From the human T2T-CHM13v2.0 reference genome, Homo sapiens: a DNA stretch of 64,000 bases. Positions 40,734 through 60,520 of this stretch are shown here, in pieces. Numbering within the stretch: the stretch's first letter is position 1; every line of letters begins with the position of its first letter. The stretch lies in the NCBI RefSeq assembly GCF_009914755.1, contig NC_060927.1. One strand, written 5' to 3'. A model generated the notes under the pieces. It saw only the letters and a program-made list of their open reading frames with translations. It searched no databases and was not told the DNA's origin. The position numbers and the translations under genes are program-made.

Positions 40734-42122
40734 CCCACTCTCAGGATCTCAACTTAGGGACTGAGATGATTCATGCTCTCACCTTATGCACGTGGAACTT
40801 TTCCAACTTTACCTTCTGAGACCAAAGCCAAGTTCCTGGGACCTTTATCTTTCCTTTGTCAAGATTATTTCCAGACAATCAATAATATCTACTTCTTTGT
40901 GAAGATAACAGGAAGCTCATTCCTTACTAAATATAACATGAAATTCTAAGCAGTTAAGCTGAGAATAAAAAGGACCAAAGGCTCCCAGTTAATATTTCGG
41001 AAAGCCCTTGTCTTGAGGAGCAGCCATGTAGAGGATGGTTTGTATCAGGGAGGGCCGTGCAAATTGGAGGCAGGTATACCAATTAGGAAACAGACATAGT
41101 TAGCCTCAACAAGTTTGGCATTTCTAAGGAGCTGAACTAGCAGAAGCCTCCTGAAATTTCTAGATTAGATCCTGGTGCCCAGGCTTATCAGACCAGGAGC
41201 AGGGCAAAGTAGACTCCATAACAAAAGTAAACTCAAATCAGAGGGAAATGGAAACTAACAGGAGCTGCTTTATTGGAGATGGACCACAGGAGCTTTCTGC
41301 ACTCAAATGATATGGGGAAAAAGAAATCCTAAAATATAATGTTGGAAAAGTTGGATAGCCCAGGCATAGCTAGCAGATTGGAAATAGTATTAGGAATCAC
41401 AGTTTTTTACTTAGTCACCATGTTGAAAAGATCCTTTTCTTTAGCATAGACCCAGCACAGGGGTGAGGTAGGGGCTAATTTCTGGCATGAGAGACCAGAG
41501 GCACAGAGTATGGAGCAAGAAGCAGGAGCTGATTGCTTTCAGATCACTAACTGCCAAATAATTAAAACATTTTCTTAAATTCATATTTTGCAACCCAGAA
41601 CATATACCTGAAGCTTATTATTAGAACATATTAGGGTATAGTTACAATGCTAACTGGTGACACAAACTAGTTACATGCTGTTTCCACCAGTCTATCTGCC
41701 ACTTTTTAACTACACACATCAAGTATTTGCCCCCAGGTTTCAGGTCTCAACCTCTGTAAGAACAGTTGAGCTGTGTCCACTTGACGGAAAAACAAGTCTA
41801 TTACACTTTTTGTTTCAAAAAGTCAACCCATCCAATCAAATAAGTTCCATTACACATATTTTAAAAAACACATTTACTAGCTTTCCTCCAATTTTCAATG
41901 TGTTTATTGAACTCTCTTGGAGTTACAGTCTGGGAGTATTTTTGAGACTCCTGTTATCGATTTAAAAAGAAAAGAAAAGGAAGGAATGCTTTTTTAAAAA
42001 ACAATAAATCTTGTTCCTGTGTCTAAACCAGCCATGCATATTAACGTGTGTGACTTCTCAGAGTTTAAAGTGTTTTAGCTGGGAAAAAATATATTGTAGA
42101 AGACTTAAAGAAACAAGATGGC

Positions 42123-42495
<373 letters not shown>

Positions 42496-43026
42496 TTATT
42501 AGGAGTGGTTTATTTGCAGCAGGAAATACAGTTATGATATAAGAAAACTCTTGATCATCAGGGTCTTAGGCATTAGAAACACTCAGATGCTATGATCCTA
42601 TATCTAGAAAACCCCATAGTCTCTTCCAAAAGGCTCTGGATCTGATAAACAACTTCAGCAAAGTTTCAGGACTCAGAATCAATGTATCCAGGGTACAAAG
42701 TAACATTTTTATATACCAGTAACATCGTACATAAGTGCCAACTCAAGAATGCAATCCCATTCACAATTGCCACAAAAAAAATAAAATACAGCTAAACCAG
42801 GGAAGTGAACAATCTCTACAATGAGAATTACAAAATACTGCTGAAAGAAATCAGAGAAGATACAAACAAATGGAAATATATCACATGCTCATAGATAGGA
42901 AGAATCAGTATTGTTAAAATGGCCATGCTGCCCAAAGCAATTTACAGATTCAATGCTATTCTTATCAAACAACCAATGACATTTTTCACAGAATTAGAAA
43001 TATCTATTCTAAAATTCAGATGGAAT

Positions 43027-43796
<770 letters not shown>

Positions 43797-46439
43797 GAAT
43801 CAAAAAGGAGCCGAAATAGCCAAAGTGATCCTAAGCAAAAAGAACAAAGCCAGAGGCATCACATTACCTGACTTCAAACTATCCTACAAGGCTATCATAA
43901 CCCAAACAGCATGGTACTGTTACAAAAACAGATAGACCAATGGAACAGGTTAGAGAACCCAGAAATAAAGCCACACACCTACAACCATCTGATATTTGAC
44001 AAAATCAACATTAACAAACAATGGGAAATGATTCTGTATTCAATAAATGGTGCTGGGATAGCTGGCTAGCCAATATGCAGAAGATTGAAACTGGACTCCT
44101 ACGTTTCACCATATACAAAAATCAACTCAAGATGGATTAAAGACTTAAATGTAAAACCTAAAACTATAAAACCCTAGAAGAAAACCTAGGAAATACTGTT
44201 CTGGACATTGGCCCTGGCAAAGACTTCATGATGAAGACTCCAAAAGCAATTACGACAAAAACAAAAACTGGTAAGTGGGTCCTAATTAAACTAAAAAGCT
44301 TCTGCACAGCAAAAGAAACTATCAACACAGAAAAGAGACAATCTACAGAATGGGAGAAAATATTTGCAAGCCATGCATCTGACAAAGGTCTAATATTCAG
44401 AATATAAAAGGAACTTAAATCAATAGGCAAAAACCAAACAACCCCATTTAAAAGTGGGCAAAGGACATTAACGAACAGACAGTTTTCAAAAGAAGATATA
44501 CATGTAGCCAACAAGCATATGACAAAATGCTCAGTATCACTAATCATTGTGGAAATGCAAATCAAAACCACAGTGAGATACCATCTCATACCACTCATAA
44601 TGGCTACTATTAAAAAGCCAAAAAATAACAGATGCTGGCAAGGTTGCAGAGAAAAGGGAACACTGGTACACTGCTGGTAGCAGTGTAAATTAGTTCAGCT
44701 GCTGTGTAAAGCAGTCTGGAGAATTCTCAAAGAACTTAAAACAGAGCTACCATTCGACTCAGCAATCCTGTTATTGGGTATAAAACTGGAATACAAATTG
44801 GAATACAAAGGAATACAAATTGTTCTACCATAAAGATACATGCACACATATGTTCACGACAGTACTATTCACAATTACCAAAGACATGGAATCAACCCAG
44901 ATGCCCATGAATGGTGGACTGAATAAAGAAAATGTAGTAAAGTTGCAAAGACAAAAAAAAATTTTATATCTTCTTAAACCTACATAAGGTACATTATTGT
45001 TTGCCCCTTCCTCCTCTTCTTCCTCCTTCTCCTCCGCAATGCTGTTTATTGAGCATACCATATGCCAGGTACTGTGTTAAATAGTTTACATACATTATCT
45101 TGGGAAGAAAAAAAAAGGCTATCTTGCAAAAGTCTAAAAAGTTGTTTTAAGAAGAGAAGGGGGAATCAGATGGAAAGAAGAGTGAATTGAGATATTCTGA
45201 GAATTTAGAGAAGAAAAAAATTATGAGAGCAGCAAAACAGTGAACTAGTGTTTTGTTGTATTGTGGCAGGAGGAAGAGGTGTGATTTGAGCCCACGTTGT
45301 CCTCTGCTATGATTCAGGTATAAGTGATCATGAGGAGAAAACTGGTGGGGAAAAGGAGGATGCTAGGAAATAATCCATCCTGAAGAAAGCAGAATCCAGG
45401 CATGGATGTTTGATTCAGGAATCATGGAACCATTGTCAAAAGTGGATAAGTAGAGTTTTGAGGAAACCAGAATATATGTCACTCAGCTTATTGTCTAATT
45501 CATATTTGACCTGAAGATGGAGGCAGTTCTAAGAAAGAAGATCCATGGATCATTATGATGTCATGCACAACCTTTTTCCAGCCACACTTGAAACAAATCT
45601 ACTCCTGGGCTTTTCCATTATGTGAGCCAATAGACTGTTTTCTTCTTGCTCTCTCTCTCCTTCTCTCCTTCAACTCCCTTTTTATTCCCCAAGTTGGTTT
45701 TGCTCCTCAATTCAAGATTTCCATTCCATACAAAAAATAATTCCTAATTGATAAATTATAGAATGGAAAAGTGTTGACCTTGCTGAGTCCAAAGGCACAA
45801 TCAATATTTTCAGCCCACCCTCTTTCTCTCTCAGGTTTTGTTCTTGGCTCAGATTTTCTTTTCATGTTGATCTCTGTCTCCTATTATAGGAAGATTCCTC
45901 TGTGCAGCTGGGAAAAATGACCACAGATGGCTCCAGTGTATGTTGTCTGCAGCATCTTTTCTGTTACCTCCAGCAAAAACATCCTTGAGGAGGATGCAGA
46001 TTGGGCTCATTTGGGTCACAAGTTCATCCCTAAAGCCATCACCATGGCCAGAGATTTTTGACTTTATTAAAAAGACCAAGTATTTTTCTCTTCTGCTCCC
46101 TCCCCCAAATCCTAGGAGAATAGAGTTAACCCAAAATTAAATAAATAGAATGGGGGAAAGGTGGTATAATAGATATTGTTGTTTCCCCACCCTTACCTGG
46201 CCAAGGCATCCATCCCCCAGATGCTGTGTTGACTGTTAACAACCTACAGTTGCTCTCTTTGTAAGACTTGTCCTTGACCAAATAAGAACCCCTTCCCCTA
46301 ATTCTATCTTTATTTAAAACTTTATTGTGTTCATCATGAATTTTTAAATTCATTTTTATTTATTTAATATATTGCATTAAAATCGTATTAATCTTGATTG
46401 TTGAGTTTTTTACTTTCTTTCAAATTTTACCCTGCTCAC

Positions 46440-47330
46440 TTCACCCTAGTCCTGGCCCTGGCTAAGAAGCTATACTCCAGCCCTCCATCACCCCTCTAGG
46501 GACAGACCTCAGCCAATGATTAACTGATGTAGGGGTACAAAAGGTCACCCCCTTGCCTCAAGGTAGGGATAACTCTGTAGTAGAATTTGTGTTCCAGAGT
46601 TGCCCCAGGATCAGGCACTAAAGCTAGTCACCAGCTAAGACCACATTCTTGCTTTCATCCTTACCCTGTCCTGCCTTCCTCACTCTCTTTTCTTGAGAGT
46701 GTTCCACACATATCACTTGGATAAGATTACCTGCCTTAGGTTCTGCTTCTAGGGAAGCCTACCTAAGAAAGTTGATACCAGGAAGGGTCCTAGGAAGCAG
46801 ACAGTAAGTGGAGGATTTTGTCGTTGGATTACTCACCAGCTGGATAACAGTAGGACCAGGTGCTGATACTGCCTGGATGCTGCATGCCACACACCAAAAA
46901 GCATTTTTGTGGCAACAGAAAAGGACTAAGACACTGTGAAAGTGGATTTTTAAGGCTTTTACCTGTAGTGAGCTGTAACGGGATACAGGTGCAAGGGGAT
47001 TCGCTAACTGGTACAATATCCTAGGCTAGTGGTTTCAGTGATCTGCACATTAAAGTCACCTGGGAAACTTAAAAATTCCTAGGCCCAGACCACACCTAAG
47101 ACTAATTACATTACAATCTCTGGGTTTAGGACACTGGCACCGGTATTTTTAGACACTCCCAGTTTATTCCTATGTGCTGACAAGTTTAGAAACTACTGCC
47201 TCAGGCAGTTGGGGCTTGTAGGGTAATAGTACCTGCAAGAAAGGATTGTGGAATTGGATAGCTATTGTTAATTATTATTGATTCATGGCAGAAAGAAAAA
47301 TCTCAGGCTCAGATCTATTAATCAACAACT
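46440..47330 (+). mobile_element. LTR16-like LTR plus ERVL-class internal start, containing a MER5-like insert (~47025-47200)
   Basis: ctcagccaatg...ttctgcttctagggaagcctacctaagaa followed by gttgataccaggaagggtcctaggaagcag. Confidence 0.65.
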
Positions 47331-47333
47331 TTA

Positions 47334-49035
<1,702 letters not shown>

Positions 49036-49276
49036 AAAAAAAAAGTTTAAGCAAACTGTGAGAGTCAAAGTATCTCCTTGGAAGCATTTAAAGACACTCA
49101 TTTCCTGCAGCAGGAGAGCTGCACAACTGAAGATCAGGTTGAGGATTTTAGTAAGAATTTTTAGTTGCCTAAACCCCTCGGTCTGCAGAAGTGACCAACT
49201 CTCCCTTGTTAGATAGAGACCTTCTATTTCTTGAAGGCTATTAAGAGGTATCAAACAAGGCAATGCTTTGCAAATA

Positions 49277-49415
49277 AAGTTGCCAGATAAAATGCAAGAT
49301 GCCCAGTTAAATTTTAATTTCAGATAAACTGTGAATAATTATTAAATTTTCATGAATTATTACAGTATCATAATCTCCTGTATCCTGTTTTTTTATTGCT
49401 AAATCTGGCATCCCT
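49277..49415. mobile_element. MER53-like hAT MITE
   Basis: gttgccagataaaat...aaatctggcatcccta inverted ends. Confidence 0.65.
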
Positions 49416-49489
49416 ATTTATAAGGTAATACTTACCCTACTCAGGATCTGCCCTAACCTTTCATCTGGCCTCCAGAAACATTTTTAAGA

Positions 49490-49705
49490 ATGGAGGGTGG
49501 GAAGAGGGTGAGAATCAAAAAACTATCTATCGGGTTCTATGTGCATTAATAGAAATGATGCACATAGTTGCATCATTTCTATTAATGATGCAAAAAGTGA
49601 TGAAATAATCTGTATGCCAAATCCCCAAGACATGCAATTTACCCATATAACAAACCTGCACATGTACCCCCAAACCTAAAATAAAAGTTAGAAAGGGAAA
49701 AAAAA
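49490..49705 (+). mobile_element. L1PB/L1MA extreme 3' end
   Basis: acaaacctgcacatgtaccccc aaacctaaaataaaagtt plus A tail. Confidence 0.8.
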
Positions 49706-49898
49706 ATCAGCAAAACCTGATTGAGGAAGTATGAGGCTTGCTAAGGGAAGAGAGAGAAAATATGCCAAAGGAGCTGTAGGACCTGGTAAGAGGGGAATAA
49801 GGTTTATTGAAAATCCAGTAATATCTGTTATCTCTAGGCAGGAATGACAGTATCAAATTCTATGTCAGAAGTGGGCTTTACAGTATCAATGGGATAAG

Positions 49899-50326
49899 TG
49901 TATTAGTTTGTTTTGTACTGAATACCTGATAGAATACCTGAGACTGGGAAATTCATAAAAATTAGAGATTTATCTCTTCCAGTTCTGGAGGCTGGGAAGT
50001 CCCAGGCTGAGGTGCCCTCATCTGGCAAGGGACTTCTTGCTGTGTCATCCCATGGTGGAAGGTGGAAAGGCAAGAGAGCACACAAGCACACAGGCACAAA
50101 CATGCATGAGACAGAGAGAGAGAGAAGGGGGCAAATCTGCTTTTATGAAGAACTCACTCTCACAATAATGAACCCACTCCTGCAATCATGACATAATCCA
50201 TTTATGAGGGCAGAGCCCTCATAACTTAATCACCTCTTAAAGTTCAGGTCCCACCTCTCAACACTGTTGCATTGATAATTAAGTTTCTAACACATAAACT
50301 TTGGAGGACATATTCAAACCATACCA
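49899..50326 (-). mobile_element. MST-type MaLR solo LTR
   Basis: tgtattagtttg...gttctggaggctgggaagtcc...acatattcaaaccatacca. Confidence 0.85.
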
Positions 50327-51279
50327 CCTGTTTATTAGTTATTATTATGTTTATTATAATTGCAGATACATTTCTGCTTAAATCTATCATTTTATTTTAT
50401 GCTTTTTATTTGTCTCACCTGTTCCATGTGTGTTTTCTCTTTTTTTATTGCCTTTTTTTAGATTGTTTTAAAACATACTAGTTTTTTTCCTCCACTAGGT
50501 GTGAAATTAAACATTCTCTTTCCATTATTTGAAAGGCTTCTATAGAAATTACCACATACAAGCTTAACTTATGGAAGTCTACAATTAATCACTATCTCTT
50601 ATTGAACAAGGTCCACAGAACATTTTAATATCATTTAAACTCCTTCCAACTTACATATTATTTTTTCATGTATTTAAATATCTTTTCTTCTGCTAACAAT
50701 AACAACATCATTATTCCTTGATTTGATTCATTTCCCTTAAATTTACCCACATATTTACTCTTCACTGCACTTTATTCCTTTTTACATTACAGCCTTTCTC
50801 TGTAGGATTATTTTCTGCCTATATACGGAGTATACACGTTAGAAATTCTTTTAGGGAGAGTCTGCTGTTGGAAAAATCTCTTAGTTTGTATTTACCCTAT
50901 TCATGACAGGTGTAAAATTGTATGTTGGCAATTATTTTCTCAGTGCATTGAAGGTTATTATTCCACTGTCTTTTAGCACTCCTCATTATGAAGAAGCCAA
51001 CTGACAAGTTGTTACTTCTTTGAAAGCAATCTGTCTTTTTTCTTTTTCTTTTTCTTTTTATTATTATTATTATACTTTTAGTTTTAGGGTACATGTGCAC
51101 AACGTGCAGGTTTGTTACATACGTATACATGTGCCATGTTGGTGTGCTGCACCCATTAACTCGTCATTTAGCATTAGGTATATCTCCTCATGCTATCCCT
51201 CCCCCTCCCCCCTCCCCCCACCCCACAACAGGCCCCAGTGTGTGATGTTCCCCTTCCTGTGTCCATGTGTTCTCATTGT

Positions 51280-55113
<3,834 letters not shown>

Positions 55114-55176
55114 TATGATGTTAGCTGGTTATTTTGCTCGTTAGTTGATGCAGTTTCTTCCTAGCCTTAATGGTCT

Positions 55177-56190
55177 TTACAATTTGGCGTATTTTTGCAG
55201 TGGCTGGTACCAGTTGTTCCTTTCCATGTTTAATGCTTCCCTCAGGAGCTCTTTTAGGGCAGGCCTGGTGGTGACAAAATCTCTCAGCATTTGCTTGTCT
55301 GTAAAGGATTTTATTTCTCCTTCACTTATGAAGCCTAGTTTGGCTGGATATGAAATTCTGGGTTGAAAATTCTTTTCTTTAAGAATGTTGAATATTGGCC
55401 CCCACTCTCTTCTGGCTTGTAGAGTTTCTGCCAAGAGATCAGCTGTTAGTCTGATGGGCTTCCCTTTGTGGGTAACCCGACCTTTCTCTTTGGCTGCCCT
55501 TAACATTTTTTCCTTCATTTCAACTTTGGTGAATCTGACATTATGTGTCTTGGAGTTGCTCTTCTCGAGGAGTATCTTTGTGGCGTTCTCTGTATTTCCT
55601 GAATTTGAATGTTGGCCTGCTTTGCTAGATTGGGGACGTTCTCCTGGATAATATCTTGCAGAGTGTTTTCCAACTTGGTTCCATTCTCCCCGTCACTTTC
55701 AGGTACACCAATTAGACGTAGATTTGGTCTTTTCACATAGTCCCATATTTCTTAGAGGCTTTGTTTGTTTCTTTTTATTCTTTTTTCTCTAAACTTCTCT
55801 TCACACTTCATTTCATTCATTTCATCTTCCATCGCTGATACCCTTTCTTCCAGTTGATCGCATCGGTTACTGAGGCTTGTGCATTCGTCACGTAGTTCTC
55901 GTGCCGTGGTTTTCAGCTCCATCAGGTCCTTTAAGGACTTCTGTGCATTAATTATTCTAGTTATCCATTCGTCTAATTTTTTTTTCAAAGTTTTTAACTT
56001 CTTTGACATTGGTTCGAACTTCCTCCTTCAGCTTGGAGTAGTTTGATCTTCTGAAGCCTTCCTCTCTCAGCTCGTCAAAGTCATTCTCTGTCCAGCTTTG
56101 TTCCATTGCTGGTGAGGAGCTGCATTCCTTTGGAGGAGGAGAGGTGCTCTGATTTTTAGTTTCCGGTTTTTCTGCTGTTTTTTTCCCCGT
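55177..56190 (-). pseudogene. L1 ORF1, disrupted (ATG changed to ACG at 56188-56190, plus frameshifts)
   Basis: Fragments 55752..56009, 55515..55736 (RPNLRLIGVPE) and 55177..55518. Confidence 0.92.
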
Positions 56191-57004
56191 CTTTGTGATT
56201 GTATCTACTTTTGGTCTTTGATGATGGTGACATAGGGATGGGTTTTTTGGTGTGGATGTCCTTTCTGTTTGCTGGTTTTCCTTCTCACAGTCAGGACTCT
56301 CAGCTGCAGGTCTGTTGGAGTTTACTGGAGGTCCACTCCAGACCCTGTTTGCCTGGGTATCAGCAGCGATGGCTGCAGAACAGTGGATATTGGTGAACCG
56401 CAAATGCTGCTGCCTGATCGTTCCTCTGGAAGTTTTGTCTCAGAGGAGTACCCGGCCATGTGGGGTGTCAGTCGGCCCCTACTGGGGGGTGCCTCCCAGT
56501 TAGGCTACTCGGGGGTCAGGGACCCAGTTGAGGAGGCAGTCTGCCCGTTCTCAGATCTCAAGCTGCATGCTGGGAGAACCACTACTCTCTTCAAAGCTGT
56601 CAGACAGGGACATTTAAGTCTGCAGAGGTTACTGCGGTCTTTTTGTTTGTCTGTGCCCTGCCCCAGAGGTGGAGCCTACAGAGGCAGGCAGGCCTCCTTG
56701 AGCTGTGGTGGGCTCCACCTAGTTCAAGCTTCCTGGCCACTTTGTTTACCTACTCAAGACTAAGCAATGGTGGGCACCCCTCCCCCAGCCTCGCTGCCAC
56801 CTTGCAGTTTGATCTCAGACTGCTGAGCTAGCAATGAGCAAGGCTCCGTGGGTGTAGGACCCTCCGAGCCAGGTGCGGGATATAATCTCCTGGTGTGCCG
56901 TTTGTTAAGCCCATTGGAAAAGCCCAGTATTAGGGTGGGAGTGACCCAATTTTCCAGGTGCAGTCTGTCACCCCTTTCTTTGACTAGGAAAGGGAATTCC
57001 CTGA

Positions 57005-57511
<507 letters not shown>

Positions 57512-59554
57512 TAAAATCTTCTCTTTGTCTTTGAAATTCTAAAGTTACATGATAATGTGTGTAGATATGGATTTCTTTTTATTTATGTTGTTTGGGCTTT
57601 ATTAAGCTTCTTGAGTCAGTGTTTTAGTGTCTCTTCTTCATTTCCATTTATGTCAGCCATTCAATCTTTTTGGAGGCTGCCATTCAATCCACTACACTTA
57701 TCGTTGTTCTTCTCCAGTGATTGGCCTCCTTAAAAAAAAAAACAAAAAAACAAAAAAAAAACTTGTATTGAGGAAGAGGAACATCTACTGGATTTGAGCT
57801 ATTTCCAACAGAAACCAAGACCCATAACTAGTATATGTGGATGAACACAAAATTGTGAGATCTTTGAAAAGTTATCAAATCAGTTCCTATTCACATTGGT
57901 GTTTTTTGTGGTTGTGTGTTTGTTTTGTCTAACAGCAATGTGCTAATTTTTTAGATTATTTTTATGGTTCCAATAAAAGAGAGGTTTTATTTTATTCATT
58001 TTATCCTTCTGTTTAATTTTAAAAACACAAAAACAGTTAAAGCAGTTTCTAAAAATGCACTTTTAAAATAGTCTACAGAATAGTTTACTATAGGTGATGA
58101 AACTAGAATAAAAGGAAAATCAAGGCAGGCAAAATAAGTTTTAAATCAAAAGTAAAAATAATTCACAAAATGCATGCAAATGTGAATTAATTTGGGTGCC
58201 AGAAGAAGGCTACAATTTGAATCTGTGCTTCATAGCTGGTAAGGCAAAGTTAAGAACACAATCAGGTAAAATATTCATAAACCAACTGCTCTGGGGAAGC
58301 AAATTCTGGTTTTGTTACTGAGACAGGAAAACAATTTTCCCAAGATTTTAAAAGGGGATGATCATGAAGTGTATCAGATAGTGTCTTTAATAACAACCCA
58401 GTAGTAGATACAATCATAAATTCCATGACCTCACTACCGAACAATGACAAAAACTGAAGCAACTTTACATAGGCAAAAACAATGTGATCCAGGATAAGTG
58501 CTCTGATAATCAAACTAGAGCTAAGAATAAAATACAAACCATCTGAAGAATAGATGGCTTGTATGTCTTCTATGCAATGTTCTGTGACTGTTGTCTCTCA
58601 AAATTAAATTTTCAATAAGCATTGGCTGATGAAGAACTCAAAGTTCTATTTTCTCACAAGAACCTGGAATGTATTTTGATGTTCAACCAAACAAAGGAAG
58701 TAATGTTGCCATCTTCCTAAAAAGATGAGAACTCTGATCAAAACCCCTGCTTTAATGTAAGGATATCCCCCTTCCAAATGGACACAGGACAATGAAATGC
58801 TTATGGCAGATAAGTATATTTTTAAGTATTTAATACCATAAGTAATGCATATAATTTTTTTTAAAGCTGAAACATTATAGAGAAGTGAAAAGTCTCCTTT
58901 GACTACCATCTTCATTCCTAGTCCTCTTTCCCTCTGCAGACGTGATCACAGTTAGCAATTTGGTACATTCTTTCATTACTTCTTTGCATTTGCATATGTA
59001 TGTATAGAAAATATCTAATATAAAGTATTATTTTGTACAAATTGCTCTTTATATAAAAATTTCAGTATTTCTATTAGTCACTTTTCCCCCACTCAACAGT
59101 GTACATTGGATTTCTAATCATGTCAGTACCTATAAATCCACTTCATTCTATTTCCTTCTTTCACAGGTGAACCTGTAGGTTGTTTACTAATACAAATATT
59201 GTTAATGACTACCTTTGCATCTGCCTCATTGGCACAGGAGCGTTTCTTGACTATTAGCTTTTGAGAAGTGGAATTGCTAGATGGAACTTTTAATTTTTTA
59301 ATAGGTACTGCCAAATTACTTCTTAAAGTGATTGCACCAATTTACACTTCTTCAAGTAGTGTATGACAGTACCTGTCTCCTTAGGCCCTCAGTAACACTG
59401 AACATTAACAATCTTTTAAAAATTTTTATTCCAAAAAAATGAAAATGGTATCTCGTTGTTTGAATTTGCAATTCCCTGATTATTACTAAAGACGCACTTT
59501 TTTTTTCCATTTTCAGTGATCACTAATGTTACCTCTCCCACTCAGTTTTCAAAT

Positions 59555-59861
59555 AAATTTATTTTTATTTTATTATTTTATTTTAAAATCTGAGACAAAG
59601 TCATGCTCTGTCACCCAGGCTGGAGTGCAGTGGCATAATCATAGCTCACTGCAGCCTTGAATTCCTAAGCTCAAGGGATCTTCCTTCCTTAGCCTGCCTT
59701 ATAGCTGATTTCATTATGCTTGGCTAATTTTTTAATTTTTTATAGAGACGGGGTCCTGCTATGTTTCTCAGGCTAGTCTCAAACTCCTGGCCTCAAGTGA
59801 TCCTCCTGCCTTGGCCTCCCAAAGTGCTGGAATTACAGGTGTGCTGTCAACATGCCTGGCC
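59555..59861 (-). mobile_element. AluJ inside an old L1M remnant (~58850-60100)
   Basis: atcatagctcactgcagccttgaa and ggcctcaagtgatcctcc AluJ motifs. Confidence 0.88.
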
Positions 59862-60299
59862 TCTCAACCATTTTTTTAGTAAGTTGTTTGTCTCTTACTT
59901 ACTGACTTGTAAGAATTGTTTTATTAAGAATTATTTTATACATATATATAATACAAGTCATTTACCTATTATACACATTGTAATCGTTTACTTCCAATGT
60001 GTTGTGTCTTTTGTTTATGGCACAATGTAAAATACCAACATTTTTCATTTTGGTATAGTCAAATTCATTGATCTTTTCCTTTACTTCATTTTAGTATCTT
60101 ATATTGAAAATACAAGATTCTCTACTAAATATAAATTTATTGTGCAGAAATCAGAAGCCACTTGTGACTTCCTTTGCCTATAAATCCTTTACTGATTCTC
60201 TCTTCCCACCTGATCCACATGATCTTTACTATCCACCCTACAACATTTAGCACATCTTCTGTGAGAGGCAGTCCTTGGGACTTCACAGGGTAGAATGGT

Positions 60300-60520
60300 T
60301 GCCATTCATTCATTTATTTATTCAATTAATAATCTTTAGTTATCATATGCCAGGCACAGTGCTAGGCCTTGGTTATACAGCTGTGAATAAAGCAGACAAG
60401 ATTTTTGCCCTCATTGAGCTCACAGTCTAATGAAAACAACATACATTTAACAAATCATTAAACATGTATACTCATCACATACTGTCAAGTATGAAGAAAG
60501 AAAAGCATAGGGTGCTATGA
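60300..60520. mobile_element. L2 3' end
   Basis: cattcattcattt...tgccaggcacagtgctaggc...gagctcacagtcta. Confidence 0.75.

Noticed and set aside
44788-44822. Short direct repeats (ggaatacaaa x3 here; others near 4131 and 63949)
   Set aside because: Ordinary slippage micro-duplications.
57640-57761. Short segment followed by an A-rich tract, possible retrocopy
   Set aside because: No TSD, poly(A) signal or source gene recognised; treated as a simple A-rich repeat.
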